Shown in pieces: positions 23,701-35,629 of a stretch of 64,000 bases of DNA. The notes beneath the pieces are model-generated. The model had not been told where the DNA came from. It saw only the letters and a list, made by a program, of their open reading frames with translations, and searched no databases. Each line of letters begins with the position of its first letter. The first letter of the stretch is position 1. Where the stretch lies: contig DF236961.1 in NCBI GenBank assembly GCA_000708835.1, forward strand, positions 124,001 through 188,000, given 5' to 3'. This DNA is from Klebsormidium nitens. Lineage: Eukaryota; Plantae; Klebsormidiophyceae. The position numbers and the translations under genes were made by a program.

Positions 23701-26700
23701 TCAGAACGGCGTCCTTCTTAGCCGATCATCCAACGCTGCCCCCCGGTTCCCCGCCCCCGCCAAACCTTGCACCCCCGCACCCGCGATAATCTCCGCATCC
23801 CTCGCGTCCTTTCTCAGCACGCCCGCTAGTTTCTTCATCGCCTCCGTCTGCTGCGTCAGCAACGCCTGCACCTGCGCTAGGCTCTTCTCGTCGATCCTGC
23901 CGTGACTCCCCGCCCCGCCCGCCAGCGCACCCCCGTCTAGCCTAGAGTTCAAAAGCAACGACTCGACCCGCCGGGGGAGCTCAGCAGAGGGGCCGCTCAT
24001 TTGCCGCACTAGGGACCGTAGCTTCTCCAAGAGCGCGCTCTCTTTTCGGGACAACGGCCGGTTGGGGTGCGACCGGCCTTCCAGCGCCTCAACCAAACGC
24101 ATCACCTGGGGACGCAAACAAGAGCGTGAGATACGATTGCGCACTTCGGACACTCGTATGAGAAGGGAAACAGAATTTCCGGTAATTTCCAGCGGACGGA
24201 AGGGCCGCACAGCGACAGAAGGCAAGGGAGTCCCTCGGGTTCAAAGCTCAACGCTGCATCGATATTTCAGGCTGGACGAGTTCCCCTCCATTGGAGATAC
24301 AGATGGCTGTTGACATGCGCATTACTGAAGGTATACACGGTATGACAGGTGTCCTTGCACTCTGTAGCGAGACAGTGCATATCGACTTTCTCATGTCTAT
24401 CTGTACAAAGGTCGGATCAAGTCAGTCCAAAGGGGTCTGATTGCCATAACTTCTTTCGAATAAGTAAAAGAGTTGCTGAGCGGGATGCAGCGACAGAGTC
24501 GAAGTTTCCATTCTACAACGTAGTGCATTGCTGTTATTTTCCAGCTTCTTCACAGGGTCCGCTTTGCGCACCAGGATGAGTCAGTCACTTTAACCTTCTA
24601 CTTGCTTGCATACACATGAAGGACACTCGACCAGAAGAGAACGATGAACATCTCAACGCGGTAATCCTTGCGACAACATCATCCTCCGTACCATTCTCTC
24701 GGGCCCCGGGCAGTATTTGTCGGCCTTCGGCTCAGTTCTACTGCCCGGGCAGGGCCTCCCGGTGACCTTCCAGCCACCTCTTTCCACGTTTGACTTCACT
24801 CGATATCGGTCAAGAGCAGCAGCCCCCGCCTACTAGCTGCGAGACGGCGGATGCTCGACATCAAACTCCCCCTCGCCAGGTTACGTGCAACCAGGAAGAG
24901 GAAGCAAATCTTAGGGTACTGGTCAAGGCAGACGACTCTCACGTGCAACAAGCGTCGCTGCAGGTCCTGTTCCTTTTGCCGCAGCTTTTGGATCCAGGGC
25001 ACGGTGTCCGCCTCAAAGTGCCGCTGCAGTGCGCGCACGTTCGCCTCCGTCGTCTTTAACCGCTCGCCGTCGTGCGCCATCGCCTCGTCTTGAAGCTGCA
25101 AACGAAAAGCCCTTTTAGTATGCCTGAGGTAGTTTGTCGCGTATCAGTCGAGTCCGATGCTTCTCTTGTCGTCTTCAACCGCTCACTTTCGTGCGCCATC
25201 GCCTCCTCTTGCAGCTGCGAACAGAAAGCGCTTTCACAATCTTGATCTCGTTCTCGTGCATCCTGATTCTTCGTTCCGTTTTCTGAGTCGTCTTCAACGG
25301 GCTTCGCGTCACGCGCTATCGGTTCGTCCTGAGGCTGCGAACAAACAGCGCTTTGCATAATCTCGGGGTAGATCTGACCAATTCCAAATTGACGCCTGAT
25401 ATTTACAACTAGTCTGGTCTGATTGCTCGCCGTCGTGCGCCAGTACCTATTATCAAGCTGCAAGGCAAACGCTTTTACAAACCTCTGATCTGATCGCCTT
25501 TTGTTGTCTTCGGTAATCTTCCAAAACATTTTATCGGGCTTTCACCCCTTCTCGTGGGTGCAATCGCACCATTTTGGGGCTGCAAGAAAACAAGGCGCCT
25601 TGGACCGTTCTGATCGTATTGACGACTCTCTCTTCTGAAACTCCGCTAAAGCGTGCTCCCACCAATTGCCACCAGGCGGCTTGCGTCACGCGTTTTCATC
25701 CGCGTTTGCTTGTCACGTTCATAGCTAAGATCCAAAGCGTTTTCTGCATCTGCATTCAAGGCGTCTCCGAATCGCCAAGATAGACTGCACGACGACTCCA
25801 ATTTCCGATACAGAATCTTGGAACGATACAGAAAGCGCTTTCCGACTCTTCAACTACTAAAGTCGAGCGAGGGTAGTAGGGCTTGTCTTGGAACCCCCAA
25901 GACCTGGTTATGGATGCTTCCCTGCTTCAGTAAAATGGAGAAGAGTCTTCCAACTTGGAACACCCAAGACCGGATTAGGAATGCTCTGCTGCCTCAGTAA
26001 AATGGAGAACAGTCCTCCAACTTGGAACCCACAAGACCTGGTTATAAATGCTCTCCTGCTTCAATAAAATGGAGAAGAGTCTTCCAACTTGGAACACCCA
26101 AGACCTGGTTATGAATACTCTCCTGCTTCAATAAAATGGAGAAGAGTCTTCCAACTCGAAACACCCAAGACCGGGTTGTGAATGCTCGACAAAATAGAGA
26201 AGAATCTTCCACGTAATTTGGGACTATGGTTGAAAAGGTAGCATCAGCAGTGTACCTTCAACCTCGTCGACAGATCCTTGATCCTTGATTCCAACGCTTG
26301 CCTTCGTGCGGGTGCGTCTTGAGTGCTTGTCTGTGTCTAATTTGCAAGTTCATTCCGAAGCTTCTTCTCGATCTGCTCTCACGTCCTGTCAGAACTACTA
26401 AAATAGAATGTCCAAGCCGCCTTCGTTCGTTTGCAATATCAAAACAGGTAAGGAAACGAAACATCGAGCCCTTTACCGCTCTTCGACCAGTGGAGCCGGC
26501 CAAGGGTGATGCGGGTTATGTTGGAAAAACCAGGACAGACTTCCGGTGGCTCTCTGCTTCATTGGAAACAAAGCAAATGACAGAGGAGTTGCTAAGACTA
26601 AGATACAAGATACTAAGATAACGAAGTACGGCTTAGCGCTTCACCTTCAATCTCGTGGACAGATCCTTGATCCCCGAGACGAGCTCCGGCCAGAGTCGCT

Positions 26701-29650
26701 GCCGGTCCTCCTCACTGAGCGACTGTATCCGGCTGACCGCTTCCGCCCAAACGACGTCGGAAACGGAAGCGGGTTTCTGCCGGAACGCCGGATCGATGAC
26801 GCTCAGGAAGAGGTGGCGGAAGCGGTAGTTGGGGTTCGCGGGGGAGTCGGTGTAAGCGTCTACAATTTCCTGTGTCAAAGAAGGATAGCTTAGCACGGGA
26901 GATTACGAGCGACTCGACGTTGCTATCTAGTCGGGACTGGAGAGCACCGTCTCATGCGAAACGGAGATAGAAATGGGGGCTTCGCACACGAATCAAAAGC
27001 TGGGTAGATGTCGCGATTCAGTCGGAGAAAGTGCTTCAAAAGGCTGAGCGTAAGGCTCAGCAACTAGGGTGCGGCGAAACGTTAGTCGTGTCGGTGAGTG
27101 GAACAAGGAAAGCTTCTGTAAAGTTCTGTGAAGAGAGAAACAAGATCTGAAATAGCAGAGGAAGGTTCCCTGCGGGCGTAAGGGTTCAAGATCCGGCGAA
27201 GGGATAAAGAAGACACAATGAAACCTCGCAACAAGTCAAGAGAGCGTGACCGAGTCGAAAACTAGAGTTGCGAAGGCATTCAGTGCGACCCCCACTGCTT
27301 TTTAACATTTAAGAAGCGCACCGTTTATGGATGTGACACTGATGAGGGGCGACGCTCAGAAAACAGGAGAGGTCTGATGAGCAGCGGTGGCAAGAGGAGC
27401 GGAGCGGAGCTAAGGGACCAATGTGCGCAGATCAGTGCAGAGCTGGAACTGCCCTTCTATCCCGTTCCTTGTTTGAAGATACAAGTGTACAATATGGCCG
27501 CGTAACCGTAGTCAAACTCTACTCATCGCATATCAGTAAGGACCGGTGCTCAAGGCGGGAGAATCAGGAACCCGCGCTCACCTTTACTTTTTCCGCGGTG
27601 AGCGGCACTTGGGGGGGCGCCACAGGGGCCATCTGCGTGGTCAGCTGCCCCCCGAAAATGGACGGCTGCTGCGCCGCTTGCGGCTGCGCCCCGAAACCCG
27701 CCCCCCCGAAGATGCCGCCACCCGTCTGCGGTTGGCCGAACATAGACGGGGCCTGCAAAATGCGCTAACATTGGTCAACGTGTGGGCAAGGAGCCACGAA
27801 ACCGAATACGAAGTTAAGGCTTCCCGAACTTCATCGTACCCATGTTGGATGTCCTGTCGTAACGCCTCGTCAATGTTCGAGTACGTGCGAGAGGCCGAGG
27901 GACAAGGCTCGGTGCCGAATCGATCCGAGACCCTTCTGCCAAGCTATCTGTCCAAAAAATGTGTATTGGACCGGGTGATGTGCTTGCTTCAGATGGTGAG
28001 GCAGGTTGACAAAACCTTATCCGTCTCTTGCTCTCGGGCAAAGGCCAGCCAGGAGAAATGTTGCAGAGGAAACATGTTCTCTTCATTTTGAAAAGTGGTG
28101 CAGCAGTGACTGTTGTTTTGACCATCTCTGATGCGTTTCCAAAGAGATCAAGCATCGGGAGGGTCACAGGTGAATCGTTCGCATCTCTACTATTTGCTCG
28201 AATCACCGTCACTCCAGTCTGATCCAGACCCATGAGCCGGAAACTTTTGCTGAACAGCGCCGGTTTAGTGGTTTAGACAGACGACCATTCTGAATCCTGC
28301 AGACGGGGATCGTTGGAAAAAGCACCTGTTGTGTCTGGCCAAACATCGACGATGTGGTGGCTGGCTGTCCGAAAAGCGATGACCCGCTAGCAGATTGTCC
28401 GAAGAACCCCCCCGATGACGTGGCGGGAGTCTGCGCGCCGAAAAGCGAGGAACCAGAGGCGGCTCCTGCATGAGACGACCAAAGTTCTGCATTCAAACCC
28501 AATTGACAGGAACACCCTTTTCAATTTCTGGATCAGGCATGAAAAGAATCTGCCTACCCACCGTTTGAATTTGGAATCAGGGGGACTGCCGCTTCTCCAG
28601 GCACCCCTGTTTCTCTCAAATTCCATGCCAATTTGGCTATACAGAAAAACATGGAAATGTACGAGCGAATCACACTGCTCTCTCTCTCTCTCACTGATAC
28701 AGCTAGACGGTATCCGTAAAACGCCTCACAACTGTCCTCACTGGACTTAAGTCCTCATCATGGACCTCATGTCTCCTGCTGGACCATGTTGTGCCAGCAC
28801 ACAGGAAGGTCGTTAACCAAAAATCTGGAGAACAACGCTCTGAGTATGCCATTGCAAAATCCAAGCACCGGAAGAAAGCACAAAGGCAAATAAATACTCA
28901 AGGCAGCAACCACTTTTGGCAGACACCAATGTCCCAACTTTTGTGACCCGAGCGTATGCGTTGTACCACCACCCCAGCAGACTTCTCACTGCAGATCGTG
29001 ATCTGCAAAGCTCATTCTCACAACACAAAGTGCGTCGACGACTGAAAACCAGGGCGGGTTTCGAAAATCAGGATCAGGGACCGACAGCCCCACCTGTTGC
29101 CCCGAATGCAGGTGTGGTTGCTCCAAACAAGCCGGAGCCGCTTGAGCTGGCGCCAAACAGTCCGCCGCTGGCTGTCGGGGTGGAGGCCCCGAAAGCCGGA
29201 GTGGACGCACCAAACAAGCCCCTGCGTGCACGACATCATAAGCCGTCGTCACTGATTGCTTACTTGACATTCAACAGATACAGTTTCCGATATTGTCTAA
29301 AAGGTCGATGATCGACCCAAAGAACGTGGCTTCAAGCATGTGGACAGCAGGTCGAAGATAGATAACACCAAGACGGTGCCTGTCCTGCTGCACAATCTAG
29401 CGGCAGACTGCAGATTGATCCTTCAACTCGAAATTGGATGGAATGCAAACAGGTCAAGTACAGTGTGAGAGCTCAGCACGGCTTACCCTCCTGGTGCGGG
29501 GGTTGAGGCAGCACTACCAAAGAGCCCCCCGGTAGCAGGAGTAGCGCTCCCAAAAAGCGAGCTTCCGGACGTCCCGAAGCTGAACGTAGAAGCAGAAGGG
29601 GTCGCTGGGGTGGCCCCAAACGGGTTGCTCCCAGGCGTGGCGCCAAACAT
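23701..29650 (-). CDS. NUP54: Nucleoporin Nup54, 461 aa; exons 29650-29487, 29221-29094, 28465-28326, 27752-27582, 26869-26645, 25095-24943, 24105-23701
   Basis: FG-repeat N-terminus (GLFG/SLFG/MFG), then YRFRHLFLSV, LWPELVSGIKDLSTRLK|LQDEAMAHDGERL...RHFEADTVPWIQKLRQKEQDLQRRLLH|VMRLVEALEG. All junctions GT-AG and in phase. Confidence 0.93.
25040..25480 (-). repeat. Tandem ~120-bp array: the real NUP54 exon-6 acceptor plus three decaying acceptor/exon-start copies
   Basis: Minus-strand AG followed by CTTCAAGACGAGGCG (real, 25095), CTGCAAGAGGAGGCG (25214), CCTCAGGACGAACCG (25334), CTTGATAATAGG (25457). Confidence 0.85.
25887..26210. repeat. 67-bp intronic minisatellite, 5 units
   Basis: Unit cttggaacccccaagacctggttatggatgcttccctgcttcagtaaaatggagaagagtcttccaa starts at 25887, 25954, 26021, 26088 and 26155 (last copy degenerate). 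Confidence 0.92.
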
Positions 29651-30170
29651 GGCTGCGAGCTCTGGCTTCAATTCTTAAGATTTGAAAGGTTTCTTCCAGA
29701 GTCAAAATTTTAGAGACAGAAAGTTAACCAGCTTCATTAGCGCCATTGATGGAAGCAAGAGTGCGGGGGCTGAGTGAGTGAGCACACACACAGACTCAGC
29801 GCACACAGGCGGGGCTGCATTATTTTGCTGCCGGAATATGGCAATGTCGCCTCATTCTAGTTGAAGGAACAAGGCAGCATTTTCAAGGTAAATTCTTAAT
29901 TTCAGAATCGTGCCAATGGACACAAAACACAAAATCCGACACTTCTCTTTCGTCCAACGTGTGATGGCAAGCCCGCCTGTACAGTGTGCTGGAATGTTTA
30001 AAGACGTCCCTTCTCGCTACTGCAGCCTTCCACCGTTCCAGCAAGTTGCAATCAGATTGGCACCATGCTTTCAGAGTGATGTAAGCATCTGCTAGCACGT
30101 ATGCCCTGGAACGTTGCACCCTTGAGCTCAAACGCAGACCAGTTAACGATACAGACTCCTCGACATAAGC
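29651..30170. promoter_or_regulatory. Probable bidirectional promoter/UTR region between NUP54 and SPF45
   Basis: Divergent start codons at 29650 (-) and 30171 (+) are only 520 bp apart. No specific elements identified. Confidence 0.5.
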
Positions 30171-33100
30171 ATGTTTGGAGGCTTGTATGGAGACCTGCCC
30201 CCTCCTTCTGCTGCGAAGGAGGGGGAGCAGTCAAAAGGCAGTGGGGACGATGAGAAGAAACCTGGATCCGGGTGGTCTGCAAACAAGATGTTCCTGGCCC
30301 CCCGAAAGACGGCAGCAGGTAAGCCACGTTCATGCGATGAAAGTGGTCAGGACTAAGGTCCTGCCTTTCTAGGTTCAGATGAGGGTACTACGAGGCGCTT
30401 GTTGTGGCAGGATTTTGGTGGTATGTACGGTGAATATCTACAGTCCAACTGGTTTACCTCGTGCAGTGGTGCCATTCTTTTTGTAGGCATTCCTGCATTG
30501 ACATTTTCAGCATCCTGCTTTGAGGCCCTTTAAGGCTTTATTCCTCGGGATTCGCAAGAACTGAGTTGTGCATGTGTGTTGCTTGTGCTACTGCCCGTAT
30601 TTTGGACATTGGGTAGAACGCCTCTCCGGCAGCGTTTTCAATAAAACGCCCTAATGAAGTCTGGTGATCAAATTCTCAGTGCAGTTGAGCCTTGCAGACA
30701 GCTTCTCAGGTGTCTCCATGGCGATGTTAACCAAGGCACCGCAATACAGTCCCATTTTGTAACTGAAGTGCCCGTCTTGCGATTGTCGTCCTCATGAGAC
30801 CTTTTCCTTGTTGAGCAATGTCGTAGTGCCTGATTAAGGCCTGGACACCACCCCTTCCCGGCCAGGTTCCGTCCATGTTCCGACATCTCGACTCCCTCCG
30901 CTCTGCAGTCTTTGGACCACCACCCTCAGTCCTCCGGGCACAGAGCACCCCCTCTGCGCCCCGCCCCTCCGTACGGCCCTCCGTGCGCCCCCCTCTTTCC
31001 TCAGCACAGCCCGACACAGGCCCCAGATGGGGCCCAGAGGCAAACGGCGCGGCGCCGCCAACAGAATACATTCAGGCGCCAATGAATGGGGCTCATCCTG
31101 GATTGGCGCAGCCGGCACTGGTGGGGGCGAGTGCGGCGCTGGTCGACGAGTACGACCCGGCGCGGCCGAACGACTATGAGGACTATGTGGCGATCAAGTA
31201 AGTGGTCGTGATCCGGTTTAGTTTTTCGGATTGCTCGAAAGGATTCGATGAACAGCTGTAAACTATGGCGTGGTTGTGAAAACAGAGAAGAAAGCAGGTT
31301 TATCTAATGACCACATTGGAATGAATGAAGAAGCGTCATGGACAGCCGGACCTTGGACCATACGAGTCTAAGTGCTTGCACTCAAAAAATAGGGGAAAGG
31401 CAGACGCAATGTGATGGCAATTCCGACTAGGGCGGACTGTTGACACTTGGTGATCGCCAAAGGGTTCTCAAAACCAACCCCGGATCATGCCAACCCTCAA
31501 CTTTGCCGTGCGGATTTGCAGGAAACAGTGCTCTTGCAAGTAGCGCGAGAGTTCAAGTGGACGGGAAAACAAGGTTGGGAACGTTCTGATTGCTCAAACA
31601 AGTACTGATGTATGGACCCTCGTTGTCCTAACAGGAAACGAAGGCTTGCCGAGGAGGAGCGCCGGAGAGAGGCCGAGCGGCGGCGGCGCGAGGAGGAAGA
31701 ACGGGAGAAGCTGCGGGAACTAGAGTTGGCGAGAATGCGGGAGCGGGAGCTCACGCGGCGAAGCTTGGGGGAAGCAGAGGGGGGCGAGGACGAACCGGGG
31801 GGCGCTCGGGGACTGTCCGGGGAAGAGGCGTTTCAGAGGAGGGGGATGCTGGGTGGGGGCGGCGCCCCCCGGCAACGATCACCGTCGCCTCCTAGAACAG
31901 GTGAGAGACGTTCGGTCTTCTTTTTGCTCCTGATTCGAGGTGGGAGGAAAGCTGGCAGACGCTTGCGGGGGCGATGAGTGGCAGCGACGTTTGCTTGACG
32001 TTTCTGGGATGGATTCTTTTTCGTTACTGAAACACGTGATAGAAACCTGGGGGTTTATGTGCTTTTGCTTTGAGGAAGAGATTGCTGGCAGAAGCTTGAG
32101 GGTGCGTTTGATTACGGCGACGTATGCTGTGATCTGAGTTGACCTTTGGACTTGATAAAGTTCCTGGGATGAACTGTCTTGGGTTTTGGTTGGCAAGCAT
32201 TGCGGGCCTTTCGTTTTGAACCCACTCTGTTTCCATCAAAACTTGCTGGCTCCATCCAAATGCAAATCTGGTTCTTCTATTTACCGAGATTCACTTTTCT
32301 CTTCCAGGCCTGGGGAACTTTACTGGCGCGCCCAATACCGCGCCGACAGGTGGCGGCCTGAGCAAGATCAAGGCGATGATGGAAAAGATGGGCTGGAAAG
32401 AGGGACAAGGACTGGGCAAATCGGAGCAAGGGATCGTAGCGCCACTGCAGCACAAGAAGACGGACAAGCGGAGCGGGGTGATCGTAACGGCGCCGGAAGC
32501 GAAGAAAGTGAAGACGGCCACGTTTTCGGGGCCGCCGACGCGCGTGCTCATGCTGCGGAACATGGTGAGAATATGGGCATTAACCCGGGGGTGTTACCTT
32601 AACCATTATTTGAGCGAAAAGCTTAACAGCCGTTGTCCGGTTTGATTTGCAGTTGAAGTGCTGGAATGGCCTGGGAAAGAGCTTCTGTGTTGCAGAAAAA
32701 GTGGGAATGTATGAGCCGCAGATTGATTAAGGGCTCAAGGGTTGTGGAAAAAGACACATCAGTTCAAGCTTGATCGAAGCAAGGGGCGCTGGGTTACGAG
32801 GCGAGGATTGGGCTAAACGAAAAGCTTTGACAAGTCTAAACGTTTCCTCGGCATGATCATGAGATCGAGAACCCGGATGGTAACAGGAGGTAAGCCAAGG
32901 ACCTGATTGAACGAGAACTGAAAAAGTGACGGCTTGACTGATGATTGCTGTGCACATCGTACCTTGCACCCCTGTTTTGAAGCGAGAGCATTACTGTGCT
33001 TGGTTCCTCAACGTGGGCCTTCTTTTGCGTAAGTAGCAGATAGATTCGGAAAAGCAGCTGGCGATTACTCCCGGTGGGAAGTCCTGTGTCAAGTATTTTC

Positions 33101-34271
33101 CCAGCTATTGGCTGCTCTCTGTGATGACACCGGCCGCTTCGTTCGAGTCCGCCCAGGGACAACACTCTTGGGTCAATGTCGTCGACTCTGTTCTCTGCTT
33201 TCTCCAATGACACCGGCCGCTCCTTCCGAGTCCGCCCAGGTCAACACTCTTGTGTCAATGTCGTCGACTCTGTTCTCTGCTTTCTCCAATGACACCGGCC
33301 GCTTTTCCGAGAACGCCCAGGTCGGCCCAGGCGAAGTTGATGATGAGCTAGAGGAGGAGATTGCAGGGGAGTGCGCCAAATACGGCCAAGTCTTGAAGGT
33401 GAGTTACAAGGCCGCACGTCCTGGCTCGCCTGCAGCAAGTATTGATTGCGGTTTGCTTGGTTTTCAAGACTCATTGGTGACTGTTTCTTTGTTTGGCGCC
33501 CTGGTGGGCTGCTTTTGATTGAACGATACCGCTCCATTTTCCAGTCCGAGTGTTGCTCCCTTGGTAAGGAAGCGAGTAGTTTGTACTGCCACCCCCGTCC
33601 AGAGTCACATGGCTTCAAAGGTGTATACTGTACTCAACTGGTGTTATTACGAACAAGCAGAAAAGTGGCTTACAGATTGGCTGCACATTAGTTGCCGCTG
33701 TCCCCCCAGCTGCTCAAGACGGATTCCGTCTGAAGTAGAAAGACTGCGCTGTTAAAACCTATATCCCTGGTTCTTTCACTCTTGAGTAGACTTCACTAGC
33801 GACTTTCCTCATCTTGCCTACTGTCTTCCCAAACCTGCTACGAGGTTTCGAACTAACTCTTTCTTGCAAAAAAAAAGGATTTGACGAACGGCCGGCGGCT
33901 GGTCACAAAGCTCCTCGAGAGCACCCAGAATGTCGCTGCCTATCTTGATAATCAGAAGTGCTCAGATATCCGCAAGCCACGACAGTGACCAACGGTTCCA
34001 CGGACTTCCTTTCACGCCCGTTTGCCCCAACTGAAAGCTTGTCTTCTCCTGTAAGGTTCTCATATTTGAGGTGACAGATCCGTCCTGGCCTGCCAATGAA
34101 GCGGTACGTATTTTCGTTCAATTTGAAAAGGCAGATTTCGCAATGAAGGCCTTGATAGACCTAGACGGCAGATTTTTCGGTGGCCGAGTGGTAAAAGTAA
34201 CTTTCTTTAGTGAGGAAAAGTTTGCGGCGCACCAGCTTGCCCCTGTGCCCGGCGAGTTTGACGGAACGTGA
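30171..34271 (+). CDS. SPF45: Splicing factor 45 (SPF45/RBM17/DRT111), G-patch plus UHM, 417 aa; exons 30171-30318, 30909-31197, 31635-31900, 32308-32564, 33321-33398, 34056-34271
   Basis: MFGGLYGDLPPPS, DEYDPARPNDYEDY (SPF45 motif), G-patch MMEKMGWKEGQGLGKSEQGI, UHM TRVLMLRNM|VGPGEVDDELEEEIAGECAKYGQV...AVRIFVQF...DLDGRFFGGRVV. All junctions in phase. Confidence 0.95.
33110..33320 (+). repeat. Triplicated 3' splice-site region (81-83 bp unit) in SPF45 intron 4
   Basis: ...tgacaccggccgct...cgag...cgcccag ends at 33156, 33239 and 33320 (the last is the acceptor used in the model). Confidence 0.92.
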
Positions 34272-35629
34272 TGCTCGCATAATGCCTCTTTGTTGAAGGT
34301 GTGACCCTGAGGTCAAGTCGGATTAGGTTCTGCTCGTTTGTAAGGTGGAAAGTTATTGCAGATAGCTTGTGTGGTCCTGCATCCCTTCATATGCACAGGC
34401 TCACACTCTGATCAACCATTGAATAGTGCTCATCTGCAAAGAAGATTTTCTAGTTGAAGCCATGGCTATCATTGGACGAAATGATAGCCATCGCTTGTCA
34501 TTTCGTCCAACCGACTAGTTGCGAGCAAAGAACCACTTGGATGCACGCTTTGATTGGTACCCCATGTGACAACATCGGGTCCCACATGCATGCAGACTAT
34601 AACTTGATCAACGTTGGAGAGTAGTCCCATCGTGTGCAGCTCAAAGTTGGCTGCCACTCGGTGCAAGCAGCCTGGGAGCCCATCTAACTATGTTGTGTAC
34701 CTTCATGCACTTATCATGCCGTGAATCACTAGCTTTGTCACGCGAGCGCGAGTGCGGCGCGCGATCCAGAGCAACTATTAGTCACTGTACCCGGAATTTT
34801 TGTCAGTGTCTAAAATCTCACGTGATCTAAAACGAGCCGCCTGCATGATATATCAACGGCCGGCATGACGGCCGCCGCTCGTGGTGATTCGTAATTAAGT
34901 TTAATATATATAATCAGCCAAGAAAATGGTGCTATACGTCACTTGATTGCATGCGCAGTTCGGGCCAGCGGGTCATATATAACATTGCCAGCTTAGTGTT
35001 ACTGACTCAACGCACTGTCGATCGAAGGTCGGATAAGCGTTTGACTCAGAAACTGTATATATGTGCACCGCTTTCTGATGCATCACTAGAAATACACAGG
35101 AAACTTATCTAGGCTATGTTGTATCGTTACGCTGGCAAATGATCATGCAACACATGTGTGTTTCATATCAAGTCCAGTTTGACACCTCCCAACAATCTTG
35201 GCAGGGCGCGCTTAGAAAGTTGGCTGCAAAGACAAAGCGCGCGGAGACGGCTGACAGCCTGACACGTTTTACTTCTACACACGAACCGTAAGTGTTACAT
35301 ATGCGGTCAAAATCGCGTTTTGAATCAACCCGACCTCCGCCAAGCCCGCACGGCTCTAGTATGACCCCTCGCATGCCCTATCCCTGTTTCTAGTACCACA
35401 AGCAATGCACTTGAGCATGGAAGTTCACTGGTCTTGCCACTCAAAACACCAACCCGCCGAAACTGTGGTTGACCAGATCAACCGGAGGGTTACCTTACGG
35501 AAAACCCTCGATGCAGCTGACCTGATCCAACCTAACCTTAACCGTCAGAAAGTACACCTTTGTGGAAACAATCAGCACCTGCCAGTTTTAACCTTTGCCT
35601 GATGGCACGTCCAACAAGTAAAGCACAGG

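Noticed and set aside
25887-26210. Regular repeats as a CRISPR array
   Set aside because: Units are contiguous near-identical 67-mers with no unique spacers, inside a spliceosomal intron, and no cas genes are present.
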